64,000 nucleotides of DNA from positions 3,100,001-3,164,000 of the forward strand of contig OY986948.1 of the NCBI GenBank assembly GCA_963920595.1, in the 5' to 3' direction. The translations under genes and the position numbers were made by a program. This document shows positions 1 to 10,300 of the stretch, in pieces. How positions within the stretch are numbered: position 1 is the first letter of the stretch; each line of letters starts with the position of its first letter. A model generated the notes under the pieces. That model was not told where the DNA came from. It worked only from the letters and a program-made list of their open reading frames with translations, and ran no database searches. Source of the DNA: Eimeria praecox. Taxonomy: Eukaryota.

Positions 1-1
1 C

Positions 2-544
2 TATTCCTCACGTTTCGCAGATATCGTAATGGAAGGGGAGACGCTACCACCTGACGAGCTGTTAGGTTACTTCTTGGCTAATCTACCAATGGAACTACGA
101 CGAGCCCTCACTGAAGGAGGAACGAGGAACTTCCTGGATTGGCAGGAGGCCGCCACAGCGCTAAGCGCCTTGGAGTCCCCTTGGAAGGCTTCGAGTGTGC
201 GGTGGCAGCGATTCGAGCAGGAGCTAACGAACGCCAGGCGTAGAACGGGACCTGGCGGGCCGCCGAGTAGCCCACGGCGAGCTCCAACTAGGCAGGAAAC
301 TCCACGGGGAGAAAACACACCAACCCGCTGCTATGAGTGCAGGGGGAAAGGACACCTCGGAAGGGACTGCCCGCTCCGCAATGGCGCGGTTAGGCGCACA
401 GGAGAAACGTGCTCCCGATGCGGAGGACGGGATCATTATGCAAGAGACTGTGCGAACCCACGGGAGTCCCCCGGGCGACAGGATGGGCGTAAACCCCCAC
501 TGGCCACCGCGAACGGAGAAGCGGGAACAAGCCGGTCAAACTAG
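2..544 (+). CDS. gag: Gag polyprotein, C-terminal part (frame open from the window edge)
   Basis: Two zinc knuckles, CYECRGKGHLGRDC and CSRCGGRDHYARDC. LLGYFLANLP...FLDWQEAA is similar to the element 2 Gag segment LVGYFLTNIP...FSDWREAA. Stop is TAG at 542-544. Confidence 0.9.
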   Translation, partial: YSSRFADIVMEGETLPPDELLGYFLANLPMELRRALTEGGTRNFLDWQEAATALSALESPWKASSVRWQRFEQELTNARRRTGPGGPPSSPRRAPTRQETPRGENTPTRCYECRGKGHLGRDCPLRNGAVRRTGETCSRCGGRDHYARDCANPRESPGRQDGRKPPLATANGEAGTSRSN

Positions 545-646
545 CGGGCCTAGACGTTACGGGAGATGAACGTGCTAGTCAAATAAAGCGCACGGATGGT
601 AAATTGTGCCTGGTGGCCACCGGGCCCAACGCCATCCCAGTCTCCC
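535..646 (+). promoter_or_regulatory. Putative -1 ribosomal frameshift cassette of element 1
   Basis: G_TCA_AAC at 535-541 aligns with T_TTA_AAC of element 2. A stem forms from 550-558/569-578, and loop GGGAGAT (561-567) is complementary to GTCTCCC (640-646). Confidence 0.55.
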
Positions 647-3600
647 CCGACTGGAGGCAGAAGCTTCTCCCGAGGAAGAAGCTGGCCCAGCAGAAAGAGG
701 TGGTCGAACGGACCCCCTCAGCAGCTGCAGGAAATTTCGCTCTGTCCTGGACCGGGAACGAACGGATCGGAACCGATAACAGCGGGAAAGGGGATCCCGC
801 ACAGGAACGTACACGGGAGGTCTCGCGGCAAAAGACCTCACAGCAGAAAGCGGCAGAAAGAGCAGCGGATTTACACGATAACGGCGGGAAAGGGGATCCC
901 GCACAGGAACGTACACGGGAGGTCTCGCGGCAAGAGATCTCACAGCAGAAAGCGGCAGAAAGAGCAGCAGATTTACCCTGGTGGCACGAAGGGATGTTAC
1001 CAGAGCTGACGCATGAGTATCACGGGTCCCTCTGCGGCACAGGCAAGACAGCGGTACTGCAGCTAGAGATTGTGGGACAAGAGTGTGAGGGGCTACTCGA
1101 CACAGGAGCGTCACGCAGCTTTATTAGTCCGGCTGCGGTCGAGCGATTGGGGCTTAGGGTGCGTATCTTACCTGAGGCATGCTCCTTTACTGTCGCCAAC
1201 GGAGAGGTTCTACATATTGACCGATTCGTCCCTCGGTTATCCATGCTATGCGGAGGGGAGTGTTTCACGGGGGATTTCCTAGTAGGTCCGATCCCTTACG
1301 ATGTTATCCTCGGTATCGATTGGCTTGTTAACCACAAGGTAGCGTGGTATTTCCAGTCCGACAAGCTTCGGACGTATGTGAACGGACGGTGGTGTGACCT
1401 ACCGGTCCAGCGAAAGGAACTTAGACCCCCGGCGGACGCTTCAACTACCACGAAGCCTGTTAAGAGCACAGCAGACCTCGCATGCGAAGCACTAGCTCAG
1501 CAAGTGGCCCGCATGACGGCAGAGGAGGCCGCTACACTCCTCCGACCGCCTCCCAAACGTTATAAGTCCCGACATCGGGCAGGTGCTCGAGTACAGATAA
1601 AGGATCTACTACGTGAGGCCCGCCACAACACCGCTAATATGGGACAAGCTCTCGAAGGATTACATTTCATTGCCGTCTTACCGGAGACTAAACCCGACCG
1701 AGTCGTCCATGTACCCCTGGAGCGTCAGGGTCCCCTTCTGTGCGCAATCGTGGAACATCACCAGGCATCGGTATGCGAACCACACGCTAAGTCTGCCGAT
1801 GCCGTTGTATCTGAAATGCAAGACACGGAGGACTCCCCTTGGCCCACAGCTAAGCTGACATACACTGAATTCGACAGTTGGTCCCAAAGCCCGGCAGCAC
1901 TCCGCTTACCACCACAGATACTCCCCGTCTTACAGCAGCATCGACTCGTGTTCCCCGATAGTCTTCCCGATGGGTTGCCCCCCAAACGACCCTATGACCA
2001 TCGCATTCTCTTGCTGCCCGGCAAGCTACCGACCAAAGCCCCTATATACAAGATGCCCCCGGAACAGCTCGCTCACCATACGAAGGAGATTGCTCGGCTG
2101 TCGGCTAAAGGATGGATAGGACCTACCTACTCTCCAATATGCGCCCCCACCATCATGGTGGATAAACACGATGACGGATCCGGTGAACGCAAGATGCGCA
2201 TGGTAGTGAACTATCAAGCACTAAATGCACTCACAATTGCCCCCGAATTCCCCATGCCCACCGTACATACTATTCTCGAAATGTTAGGAGGGGCTACCTA
2301 CTTCTCTACATTGGACTTGGAGGCAGGATTTCACCAGATCCGCATGGCCAAGGAGGACCGATGGAAGACGGCTTTCCGCTCAGTGCAAGGACTTTTTGAG
2401 TACAAGGTTATGCCCTTTGGACTCAAGGGCGCGCCAGCTACCTTCCAAGCTACAATAAACGCCTATCTTCAACCACTCCTAGGCCACGGGGTCATTGCAT
2501 ATTTAGATGATGTGCTCATATATAGCCCAACACTGGATACCCACGCCGCCCTCCTACAGCAAGTTCTCAGCATTTTCCTCACTCACCAATTCTACCCACG
2601 GCTATCGAAATGCAAGTTCGCACAGGAGGAGCTCACATACTTGGGATACACCATTGGGGCAGCAGGCATCAAACCGTCCGCCGACAAGGTCGAGGCCATA
2701 CTCCTATGGCCGGACGTACTGACTAATGAGACACACGTTCGCCAGTTTCTGGGGACGGTCAACTACTGTCGGATGTTTATGGGGCCCCGCTTTGCAGACA
2801 CAGCAAGACCCCTCGTTGAACTCACCCGGAAAGATACCTCCTTCGTCTGGGGGCCCTCTCACACCGCCGCAGTCCGCCAACTCAAACGGCTCCTCGCTGA
2901 ATACACCACATTACAAGTCCCCGACCCCACGAGACCCTACACACTTTATACTGACGCATCTGGATACGCGCTTGGGGCTGTCCTAGAGCAGGATGGCAAG
3001 CCGGTAGGCTTTCTGAGTCAAGTCCTGAGCCCGGCCCAACAACGGTGCTCCATTTACGATCAGGAACTTCTCGCCCTCGTTACCGCCCTCGATAAGTGGC
3101 GTCACCTCCTCCGCGCAGCCAAGGTCACCGCCTACACCGACCATCAAGCGTTGACATACCTGCAGCGCATCAACACACAGAAGCCACTCCGGGGCCGCAC
3201 GGTTCGTTGGCTTGATTTCTTGGCTGAGTTCCCCGACCTAACTATCTCATACCTACAGGGCACCCGCAATACAGTCGCGGATGCCCTCTCTCGCCACCCC
3301 CAACATGCGCTCCCTACTCACACCCCACCTCTCCTCTCTTCCCTTACCTCCGCATCATCAAGCAAAACACCTCCACCTGCTCGTTATCGTACTCGGGCTA
3401 ATCCTCGAGATTTCCGTGCTGAGGCAGGCCTCCGCCCGTCCCGATCACGCCGTACCGCCACTCCTTCCTCGCCTCCAGCCGCCTTGACGGACCATGATTC
3501 CCCTCCTTCTGACCCACCTCCACCGTCACGGACGCCCGACCCTCCATCCTCCCTCACCCTGGACGTGGACCCACTGACCCCTCAGCGATGGGCTGACGCG

Positions 3601-5202
3601 TACCCCCTCTGTCCCCACTTCAGTACGGCCTTTGCGGCCGCCAAGCAGCAAGACGGCGCTGAAGTCCCACACGAGCTGCAAGGCCGCCGTTATACCTTCC
3701 GGTTCCACCACCCCTATCTGCACATCTGCATTCACGGACTTTGGCGAATATGCGTTCCCACCTTGCCCGAGTTCCTCTCCCATCTCCTCTACCGCCACCA
3801 CGACCATGTCACTGCGGGCCACCGTGGCCAGAAGAAGACCTTTCTTTCCCTCAGTAAGCTTTATTACTGGCCTGGCATGCGTGCGTATACCACTGCCTAC
3901 GTGGAGTCTTGCGTGCAGTGCCGCGCGTCTAAAGCCCTCTCCCAAAAGCCGGCCGGTCTCCTCCAACCCCTCCTAGTCCCCTCTCGCCGCTGGAGCCATG
4001 TTCGCCTTGACTTCATCACTGACCTCCCACCCACCCCACGCGGCCACGACTCCATCCTTGTCCTCGTTGACTCCCTTAGTAAAATGGCCCATTTTATTCC
4101 AACCAAAAAGACAGTGTCTGCCGCGGAAACCGTTGAGCTCCTCGCCGACCGCCTCATCCGCTACCATGGATTCCCTGACGTTCTCATTTCGGACCGCGAC
4201 CCTCGCTTTCAGTCTCTCGTATGGGAACAGCTTTGCCACCGGTTCCATATCAAGCGCGCCATGTCTTCTGCATATCATCCGCAATCTGACGGGCAGACCG
4301 AGCGCGTCAATCGTACGCTGGAGCAAATGCTGCGCACTTATATTCAGTCCGACGAGCGCGAGTGGGAGCGCCTCCTGCAGGCGCTCGAGCTCGCTTACAA
4401 TACCACAAGCCACTCGTCTACCGAACTTAGCCCCTTCGAGGTCATGATCGGTCAGAACCCTATCACTGCCGCTGACCTCGATGTTGTTGGAAACCTTGCT
4501 CCCACCCTCACCCCCCCCATGACTAAGCTGTTCCAGCAGCTTTGCGATCGCGCTCGCGGCCACATTCTTCGTGCCAAGTGGCAACAGAAGCTCCACGCAG
4601 ATGCCCACCGCCGAGATGTCCAATATTCCCGTGGAGACCTGGTATGGATCAGTAGCCGCCACCTTCCCCCTCTCAATCACTGTTCTAAGTTTGAACCACG
4701 CTTCCGCGGCCCCTTCCCCATCATTGACCGGGGTGGGAAGGTCGCCTATCGAGTCGCCCTACCCCCCACTTATACTTGTCATAACGTCTTCCACGTGTCA
4801 CAGCTTGTGCCGGATCGCCCACGTGACCCACAGATGAACTCCAATGAGGCGGCCGTCGGTTGGCTTCCCCTCACTGACCCGGAAGGTCGCCCACCAGATG
4901 TCTATGAAGTTGATTATATCCTTGCCCAACGCGGCCTCGGCCCATCTACACAATACCTCGTTAAGTGGCGCGGCTGTCCCGAAGACCAAGCGACCTGGGA
5001 GCCTGCTGCCCACCTCACTAACTGCCCCGCCCTCCTCCGAGCCTGGCGTCGTCAGCTCCGCAAGACGCAGGGCTCTCACTCTACAGTTCCCTCCGCCGCC
5101 CCCCCTGACATTCCTCCTGTCCCCGAACAGCCCTCCCCTTCCTCGCCAGGGAGGGAAGTGGAGTGGCCTTCACGCGGCGGCCGCTCCAACAGCAATGCAT
5201 AA
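604..5202 (+). CDS. pol: Pol polyprotein (aspartic protease, RT, RNase H, integrase, chromodomain). The frame is open from 493 and is probably entered by a -1 frameshift from gag.
   Basis: Protease LLDTGASRSFI; RT MPFGLKGAP and YLDD; RNase H YTDASGYALGAVL. Integrase has H..H/CVQC, LDFITD, ISDRD and QTERVN, followed by RGPF. Chromodomain YEVDYIL...YLVKWRG...ATWEP. The codon at 604 is TTG, not ATG. Confidence 0.95.
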   Translation: MCLVATGPNAIPVSPDWRQKLLPRKKLAQQKEVVERTPSAAAGNFALSWTGNERIGTDNSGKGDPAQERTREVSRQKTSQQKAAERAADLHDNGGKGDPAQERTREVSRQEISQQKAAERAADLPWWHEGMLPELTHEYHGSLCGTGKTAVLQLEIVGQECEGLLDTGASRSFISPAAVERLGLRVRILPEACSFTVANGEVLHIDRFVPRLSMLCGGECFTGDFLVGPIPYDVILGIDWLVNHKVAWYFQSDKLRTYVNGRWCDLPVQRKELRPPADASTTTKPVKSTADLACEALAQQVARMTAEEAATLLRPPPKRYKSRHRAGARVQIKDLLREARHNTANMGQALEGLHFIAVLPETKPDRVVHVPLERQGPLLCAIVEHHQASVCEPHAKSADAVVSEMQDTEDSPWPTAKLTYTEFDSWSQSPAALRLPPQILPVLQQHRLVFPDSLPDGLPPKRPYDHRILLLPGKLPTKAPIYKMPPEQLAHHTKEIARLSAKGWIGPTYSPICAPTIMVDKHDDGSGERKMRMVVNYQALNALTIAPEFPMPTVHTILEMLGGATYFSTLDLEAGFHQIRMAKEDRWKTAFRSVQGLFEYKVMPFGLKGAPATFQATINAYLQPLLGHGVIAYLDDVLIYSPTLDTHAALLQQVLSIFLTHQFYPRLSKCKFAQEELTYLGYTIGAAGIKPSADKVEAILLWPDVLTNETHVRQFLGTVNYCRMFMGPRFADTARPLVELTRKDTSFVWGPSHTAAVRQLKRLLAEYTTLQVPDPTRPYTLYTDASGYALGAVLEQDGKPVGFLSQVLSPAQQRCSIYDQELLALVTALDKWRHLLRAAKVTAYTDHQALTYLQRINTQKPLRGRTVRWLDFLAEFPDLTISYLQGTRNTVADALSRHPQHALPTHTPPLLSSLTSASSSKTPPPARYRTRANPRDFRAEAGLRPSRSRRTATPSSPPAALTDHDSPPSDPPPPSRTPDPPSSLTLDVDPLTPQRWADAYPLCPHFSTAFAAAKQQDGAEVPHELQGRRYTFRFHHPYLHICIHGLWRICVPTLPEFLSHLLYRHHDHVTAGHRGQKKTFLSLSKLYYWPGMRAYTTAYVESCVQCRASKALSQKPAGLLQPLLVPSRRWSHVRLDFITDLPPTPRGHDSILVLVDSLSKMAHFIPTKKTVSAAETVELLADRLIRYHGFPDVLISDRDPRFQSLVWEQLCHRFHIKRAMSSAYHPQSDGQTERVNRTLEQMLRTYIQSDEREWERLLQALELAYNTTSHSSTELSPFEVMIGQNPITAADLDVVGNLAPTLTPPMTKLFQQLCDRARGHILRAKWQQKLHADAHRRDVQYSRGDLVWISSRHLPPLNHCSKFEPRFRGPFPIIDRGGKVAYRVALPPTYTCHNVFHVSQLVPDRPRDPQMNSNEAAVGWLPLTDPEGRPPDVYEVDYILAQRGLGPSTQYLVKWRGCPEDQATWEPAAHLTNCPALLRAWRRQLRKTQGSHSTVPSAAPPDIPPVPEQPSPSSPGREVEWPSRGGRSNSNA
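774..976 (+). repeat. In-frame 102-bp tandem duplication upstream of the protease
   Basis: DNSGKGDPAQERTREVSRQKTSQQKAAERAADLH is followed by DNGGKGDPAQERTREVSRQEISQQKAAERAADLP. GATAAC occurs at 775 and 877. Confidence 0.95.
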
Positions 5203-5325
5203 CCTATATAGACATGAGAGGAAGTCCTGAAAGAAAAAAAAAAAAAAAAAAAAAAAAGAAAAGAGAAGAGAAGAGGAAGCAAAGACCACCAGTAATACAC
5301 AACCTATATCGACATGAGAGGAAGT
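5201..5325 (+). repeat. 25-bp direct repeat flanking a poly(A)/purine tract in the 3' UTR of element 1
   Basis: AACCTATAT(A/C)GACATGAGAGGAAGT occurs at 5201-5225 and 5301-5325, with a long A run between. Confidence 0.85.
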
Positions 5326-5350
5326 AAGTTACGGAGGAAAGTTTTCATCC

Positions 5351-5360
5351 AAGGGGGAAG
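5351..5360 (+). promoter_or_regulatory. Polypurine tract of element 1
   Basis: AAGGGGGAAG lies one base before the LTR start TGTAGTG. Confidence 0.85.
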
Positions 5361-5361
5361 T

Positions 5362-5997
5362 TGTAGTGCCTGGCATTACAATACCCCGGATTTAAGCTCC
5401 TAATTCGGCAAGAAAGAATTTAGTGAGGAGAAAACGAAAGGTCAATTAAGGTTTGCTAGTTGACTCGAAGCAGTCAACCGGCGGGGGGCTTGCTAGCTGG
5501 GGGACCTGGGGCTGGCAGCCGCTCCCGCAGCGGCGCAGCCACCCCCCCGCCCTGCACGAGCACTGCGGTGCTCGATGTGGGGACACCGTAAAACGTTAGA
5601 ATAATTTAGAATATAAAAAGTAGTTAAACGGCCTTTTATGTTTTCTTTTTAGAAACTCTAATTATTCAAAAAGTAGGAGCATGAATTGACCTGGTTCTAC
5701 TTTGCGACGCCAGCACCAGAGGTAGATTATATAGCCTGAAGAGACGCGGCGCTACAGTGAGGCTGTTGCTGTGACTCTGGTCCTGGTCATCAGCGACAGT
5801 CGGGGATGAGTTCTATTATTCTGGGTTTTCCTTGGGTAACATTAATAGGAACTCGATCATATATTTGGTTGTTAACGGTGTTTATTAGTGGTTTCAGCGA
5901 GAATCATAGGTTTAAGCGCGGGATCGTAGCGTGTGCACCTACTCTGTCTAGCCTAGGGATCTATCGTAGTAACAGTGTAGGCCAACTGTTCACTACA
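5362..5997 (+). repeat. LTR (636 bp) acting as 3' LTR of element 1 and 5' LTR of element 2
   Basis: 7-bp terminal inverted repeat TGTAGTG/CACTACA, with a PPT upstream and a PBS downstream. The 3' part matches 12577-12817 at offset 6820. Confidence 0.92.
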
Positions 5998-5999
5998 TT

Positions 6000-6017
6000 T
6001 GGGGGCTGTTCCGGGAT
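6000..6017 (+). promoter_or_regulatory. Primer-binding site, tRNA-Pro-like
   Basis: TGGGGGCTGTTCCGGGAT starts 2 nt after the LTR end and is 16/18 identical to the MLV tRNA-Pro PBS TGGGGGCTCGTCCGGGAT. Confidence 0.8.
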
Positions 6018-6147
6018 TTAAAAAAAACAAAAACAAACAAAAAAAACGATAATAATTTTTCTTCTTCTGCTCATTTCATTTCACACAAACAACCTCATTC
6101 TACAGACCTGGGGACCTCGGCGAGCAAGTCTCCTGGAGGCAATCGCC

Positions 6148-7258
6148 ATGCACTTACGTAATGGCCGAGTGATAAGTCCACCCGAACCAGCGTCGAGGCG
6201 AATATCCACGGTACAGGAACAAATTCGATTCAACCGCACTTCGACACCTCAACCGTCGCAACGAGAACTTCCTCATATTGCGGCTCCAAAGAAACCGGTT
6301 GTGGAAATGCACTCACAAGAGCATCAGTCCGATGAAATAGCCAGACTACGGCAAGAAGTAGAACGGCTGCAGAATTGCCTTATTCAGATGAGTGTGCAGC
6401 GGTCGTCATTCGTACCACCCCTGCCCCTCGCTCGGGAGAAGGGCAATAACATGCAACCCTTTTTAATGCTTATAGAACAACGGTTCAGGAAGATGTCTCT
6501 TCCACAAGAGCTCTGGGGTGACGATCTTGGAGAATACCTTGACGAGGACCCCCTACAGTGCTGGGTGGACCTGAAACAATCTGGTAGGGACATGACTAAT
6601 TGGGCACTCATCAAACAGGAATTAATAAGATGTTTCTGCACGATAGATCGAGCAACACTCATTTACCAAATGGCAGCTAACAAATGGGAAGGGAACTACA
6701 GCACCTATACGGCTAACTTCAGTCGAATCGTGGCCCGAGGATCCCAGTTGTCGGCAGAAGACTTAGTTGGTTATTTCTTAACGAATATTCCAGCGGAACT
6801 CGGATGGGCCGTAACGCAGCGAGGTACGAAACACTTCAGCGACTGGAGGGAGGCTGCTCACGCATTAGCAGCTGTCGGCGCCCCGTGGGCAGCCGCACAG
6901 GAGGAATTCCGTAGGCGGGAACGGGAGTTCCAACTTAGTCTGACAGGAAGAGCAGCGGAGTTTCCACGTGCGCCCGTGTTTTAATGAGATTAGACAGAAC
7001 ACCCGAGCATCGGGTGACTGAACAGAAATGGTGTGTTACCAGTCTAAAGGCAAGGGGCACATTGCTAAGAATTGTCCAACCGGTGAACCGACATCGAACA
7101 AATCCGGAGAAGCGTGTTGGAACTGTGGAGGTATGGGCCACTACGCTCGCGAATGCCGAACACCTTTTCGTATGGGGACAGGAGGGGGAAGTCACACTTC
7201 ATCGATAGCCGCACAGCAGAAGGAGTACCGATCTCAACATTTAAACGGAGGAGTCTAG
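6148..7258 (+). pseudogene. gag: gag of element 2, disrupted near 6950-7030
   Basis: ATG at 6148 (MHLRNGR...) opens a capsid-like region similar to element 1 Gag and stops at 6984. The zinc knuckles are in another frame (7028-7258), and the first has a Cys-to-Ser change (CYQSKGKGHIAKNC). Confidence 0.85.
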
Positions 7259-7351
7259 GCGTTGCGGGAGACAAACGTGCTAGGCTGCCAAATCGTGGCA
7301 GAGGTGTGATGTGCGCAGTAGCAACAGAACCTAATGCCATTCCAGTCTCCC
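7240..7351 (+). promoter_or_regulatory. -1 frameshift cassette of element 2: U_UUA_AAC plus stem-loop/pseudoknot
   Basis: TTTAAAC at 7240-7246 is in the correct gag phase and the pol frame is -1. A stem forms from 7252-7263/7274-7286, and loop GGGAGAC (7266-7272) is complementary to GTCTCCC (7345-7351). Confidence 0.75.
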
Positions 7352-10300
7352 CTCGGTGGGCAGAGAAACTAATCCATAAGGAGCAAGGGGCACCAGGGGA
7401 CGATCAAAGGCCAACTGCTTGTCGGAAGCTGTCAGCAGAGCGCCAGACAGCTGCACAGGCACCAGCAGGCAACGGGGAGGAGAAGCGTAATACCGACAGC
7501 AGCAGAGACGTGAACGTCGGAATGTCTGTTGAGGACCATCAGTCAGTTACAAACGTTGAGTTGCCACCGTGGTGGCGGGAGCTCGTTGAAACTGAGGGCT
7601 CCAAAATGGAGGGAATGTTGTGCACCGTGTGCGCGCCGGTTGTCCTACCCGTAGAGGTGGCAGGGCGTTCCTGTGAGGCGCTCCTCGATACTGGAGCCTC
7701 ACGCAGTTTCATCAACCCCCGTTTGGTTGAAGCCTTACAGCTGAAAGTGTGGAAACTTTCGGATGTGCATAGCGAACGGTTCCCAGCTGCGTATTGATAG
7801 AACCGTGAAGCGTTTGACGGTCTGGTGCGGGCGGGAATATTTTACCGGTGGTTATCTAGTGGGTCCCGCCCCCTGTGATATCGTCCTAGGACTTGATTGG
7901 TTGACGAGGCATAAGGTTTACTGCTATTTCCAGTCGGACAAGCTGCGGACGTATCTGGATGGCAGGTGGTGTGAATTGCCCCTGGTGCGTACACACATGG
8001 CCAAACGAACTGAAGATGAGAACCAAGTCGCGCCCAAAAGGACTCCAGCCGAGCAAGCGTCCGACCTTGTGGCTCGGCAAGTGGCTCAGATGACCGAGGA
8101 GGAGGCCACTGCCCTTTTACGTTCGTCTCCCACGCGAACTAAGCCGCGCACCAAGCCTGGAAAGAAAGTGCCTATCAAAGCCTTGATCGAACAAGCACGA
8201 GCAAACACCACTGGGTTACGATCTCCACTCCACGGGTTGAATATGGTATTGGCTTTGCCCGAAGTTGACGTATCCGTTGCCCTTAGGATACCTGAAGAGC
8301 AACAAGGAGCCTTGTGCTGCGCAATTATTAGTCACGCCAATACACAGGCAAAGGAAGCCCTCCCTACACCTGCAGTGGATATACCGCATGCTACGGATGA
8401 TGAAGACTCACCATGGCCTACGGCGAAGCTGGAGTTCGCCCTCTTCGACGAGTGGATGCAGTCACCCGAGTCCGAGGACCTCCCATAGGAGATACGCGAA
8501 GTGCTGCAGACACAACGACACGTTTTCCCTGACAGCTTGCCACCAGGTTTGCCGCCCAAGCGACCGCACGACCACCGCATCCTTCTAGCCCCTGGCAAGC
8601 TCCCAACTAAATCGGCACTTTACCGTATGACTCCTGATCAGCTTCGCTTTCACAAACAGGAAATCGCCAAGCTGTCAGCACATGGATGGATCGGTCCCAC
8701 GTACTCCCCCATCTGCGCACCCACGATCATGGTTGATAAACGAGATGATGGTACAGGCGACCGTCAGATGCGTATGGTGGTTAACTACCAAGCCCTAAAT
8801 GCGCTTACGGTTGTGCCTGACTTTCCATTACCGCCGGTGCAAACGATCTTGGAGATGCTGAGCGCCGCCAAGTATTTCCCCACTCTAGACTTAGAGGCAG
8901 GCTTCCACCAGATCCATATGGCCAAAGAGGATCGCTGGAAGACAGCCTTCCGTTCAGTCTTGGGCCTGTTCGAATACAAAGTCATGCCGTTCGGCCTGAA
9001 GGGTGCTCCCGCTACCTTTCAAGCAAACATAAATGCCTACTTACAACCCTTGCTAGGTCATGGAGTGATTGCATACCTTGATGATGTTCTCATATATTCA
9101 GCTGATCTACCTACTCATGTCGTCCTCCTACGAAAGGTGTTAAGCATCTTTCTCACCAATCAATTCTACCCGAAATTTCGCAAGTGCCAGTTCGCGCGCC
9201 AGGAACTCACGTATTTGGGATATACCATTAGTGCAGAAGGGATAAAACCTGCAGCAGACAAAATCGAAGCAATCCGGGTGTGGCCAGAGGTGCTGGAGAA
9301 TGAAATGCAAGTAAGCCAGTCCCTTGGTACTGTTAATTATTGTCGTATGCTTATGGGTCCCGATTATGCAGGCATTTCCCGTCCCCTTGTTACCCTGACT
9401 CGTAAAAACACTCCCTTTCATTGGACAGACGCACGCACCCAGGCGGTTCCCCAACTCAAGCAGCGTCTCATTGACTACACCACCCTCCACGTCCCCGACA
9501 CCTCTAAGCCTTTTAGCTCTACACCGATGCCTCCCGCTACGCCATTGGTGGCGTACTCGAACAAGCTGGACAGCCAATTGGGTTCCGCAGTCAGGCCATG
9601 ACTCCCGTGCAACAGAAATATTCAGTCTACGACCAGGAACTGTTGGCCCTAGTAACAGCCCTCGACAAGTGGTCTCACCTACTTCGCGTCGCTAAGGTAA
9701 CAGCATTCACTGACCATCAAGCCCTTACCCACTTGCGGCAGCTCCAGACGTCCAAGTCCTTGAGGGGACGCACCACTCGGTGGTTAGATTTCCTCGCGGA
9801 ATTTCCTGATATCACTATCACCTATCTACAGGGTGCATGTAACACGGTGGCCGATGCGCTGTCCCGTCTTCCTTGTCATCCCTCTTCACAATCGTCCCCC
9901 GTGCCTCGTCTCTCCGCCTCCTCTCTCGGGATCCTTTGCACCGCTTCTGTTAGCTCCTGCACACCCAGCTCCAGCTCATCACACCAGGCGGACGCAAGTC
10001 AACTACCGGCAGCTGGCTGGCATTCGTGGGCGCCCGCCTCGGCCTCGCCCGCAGTCTCCCCCCTCGGTGTCCCAGGCCAACGAGTCTTCTCCTGACGACA
10101 GCGAGCCCTCCGCCATCCCCCCAGTGCGACCCGCTGTTTCTGCAACCTTGGATTGGCCGGCTGCTTATGCGAAGTGTCCCGTCTTCCGGGTTCCCTACAC
10201 CACGGCGGTTCAGGCAGCCGGTGCAACCGTCCAGCTGGAATTCCGCAATCGTCTCCTCGCCTTCCGATTTGTCCCCCCTTTCCTCAGCGTTTGCATACAC

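Larger units (their letters stand above)
1..5997 (+). mobile_element. Ty3/gypsy chromovirus-type LTR retrotransposon, element 1 (5' part outside the window)
   Basis: Gag C-terminus with two CCHC knuckles, then pol in the order PR-RT-RH-IN-chromodomain. A polypurine tract at 5351-5360 is followed by an LTR bounded by TGTAGTG...CACTACA. Confidence 0.95.

Noticed and set aside
5229..5262. Poly(A) as the tail of a retroposed SINE or mRNA
   Set aside because: No recognisable body or Pol III boxes, and the run is not at the end of the repeat-flanked core.
5362..6017. Tf1/sushi-type self-priming of reverse transcription
   Set aside because: A TGG-starting, tRNA-Pro-like PBS is present, and I saw no convincing LTR complement to it.
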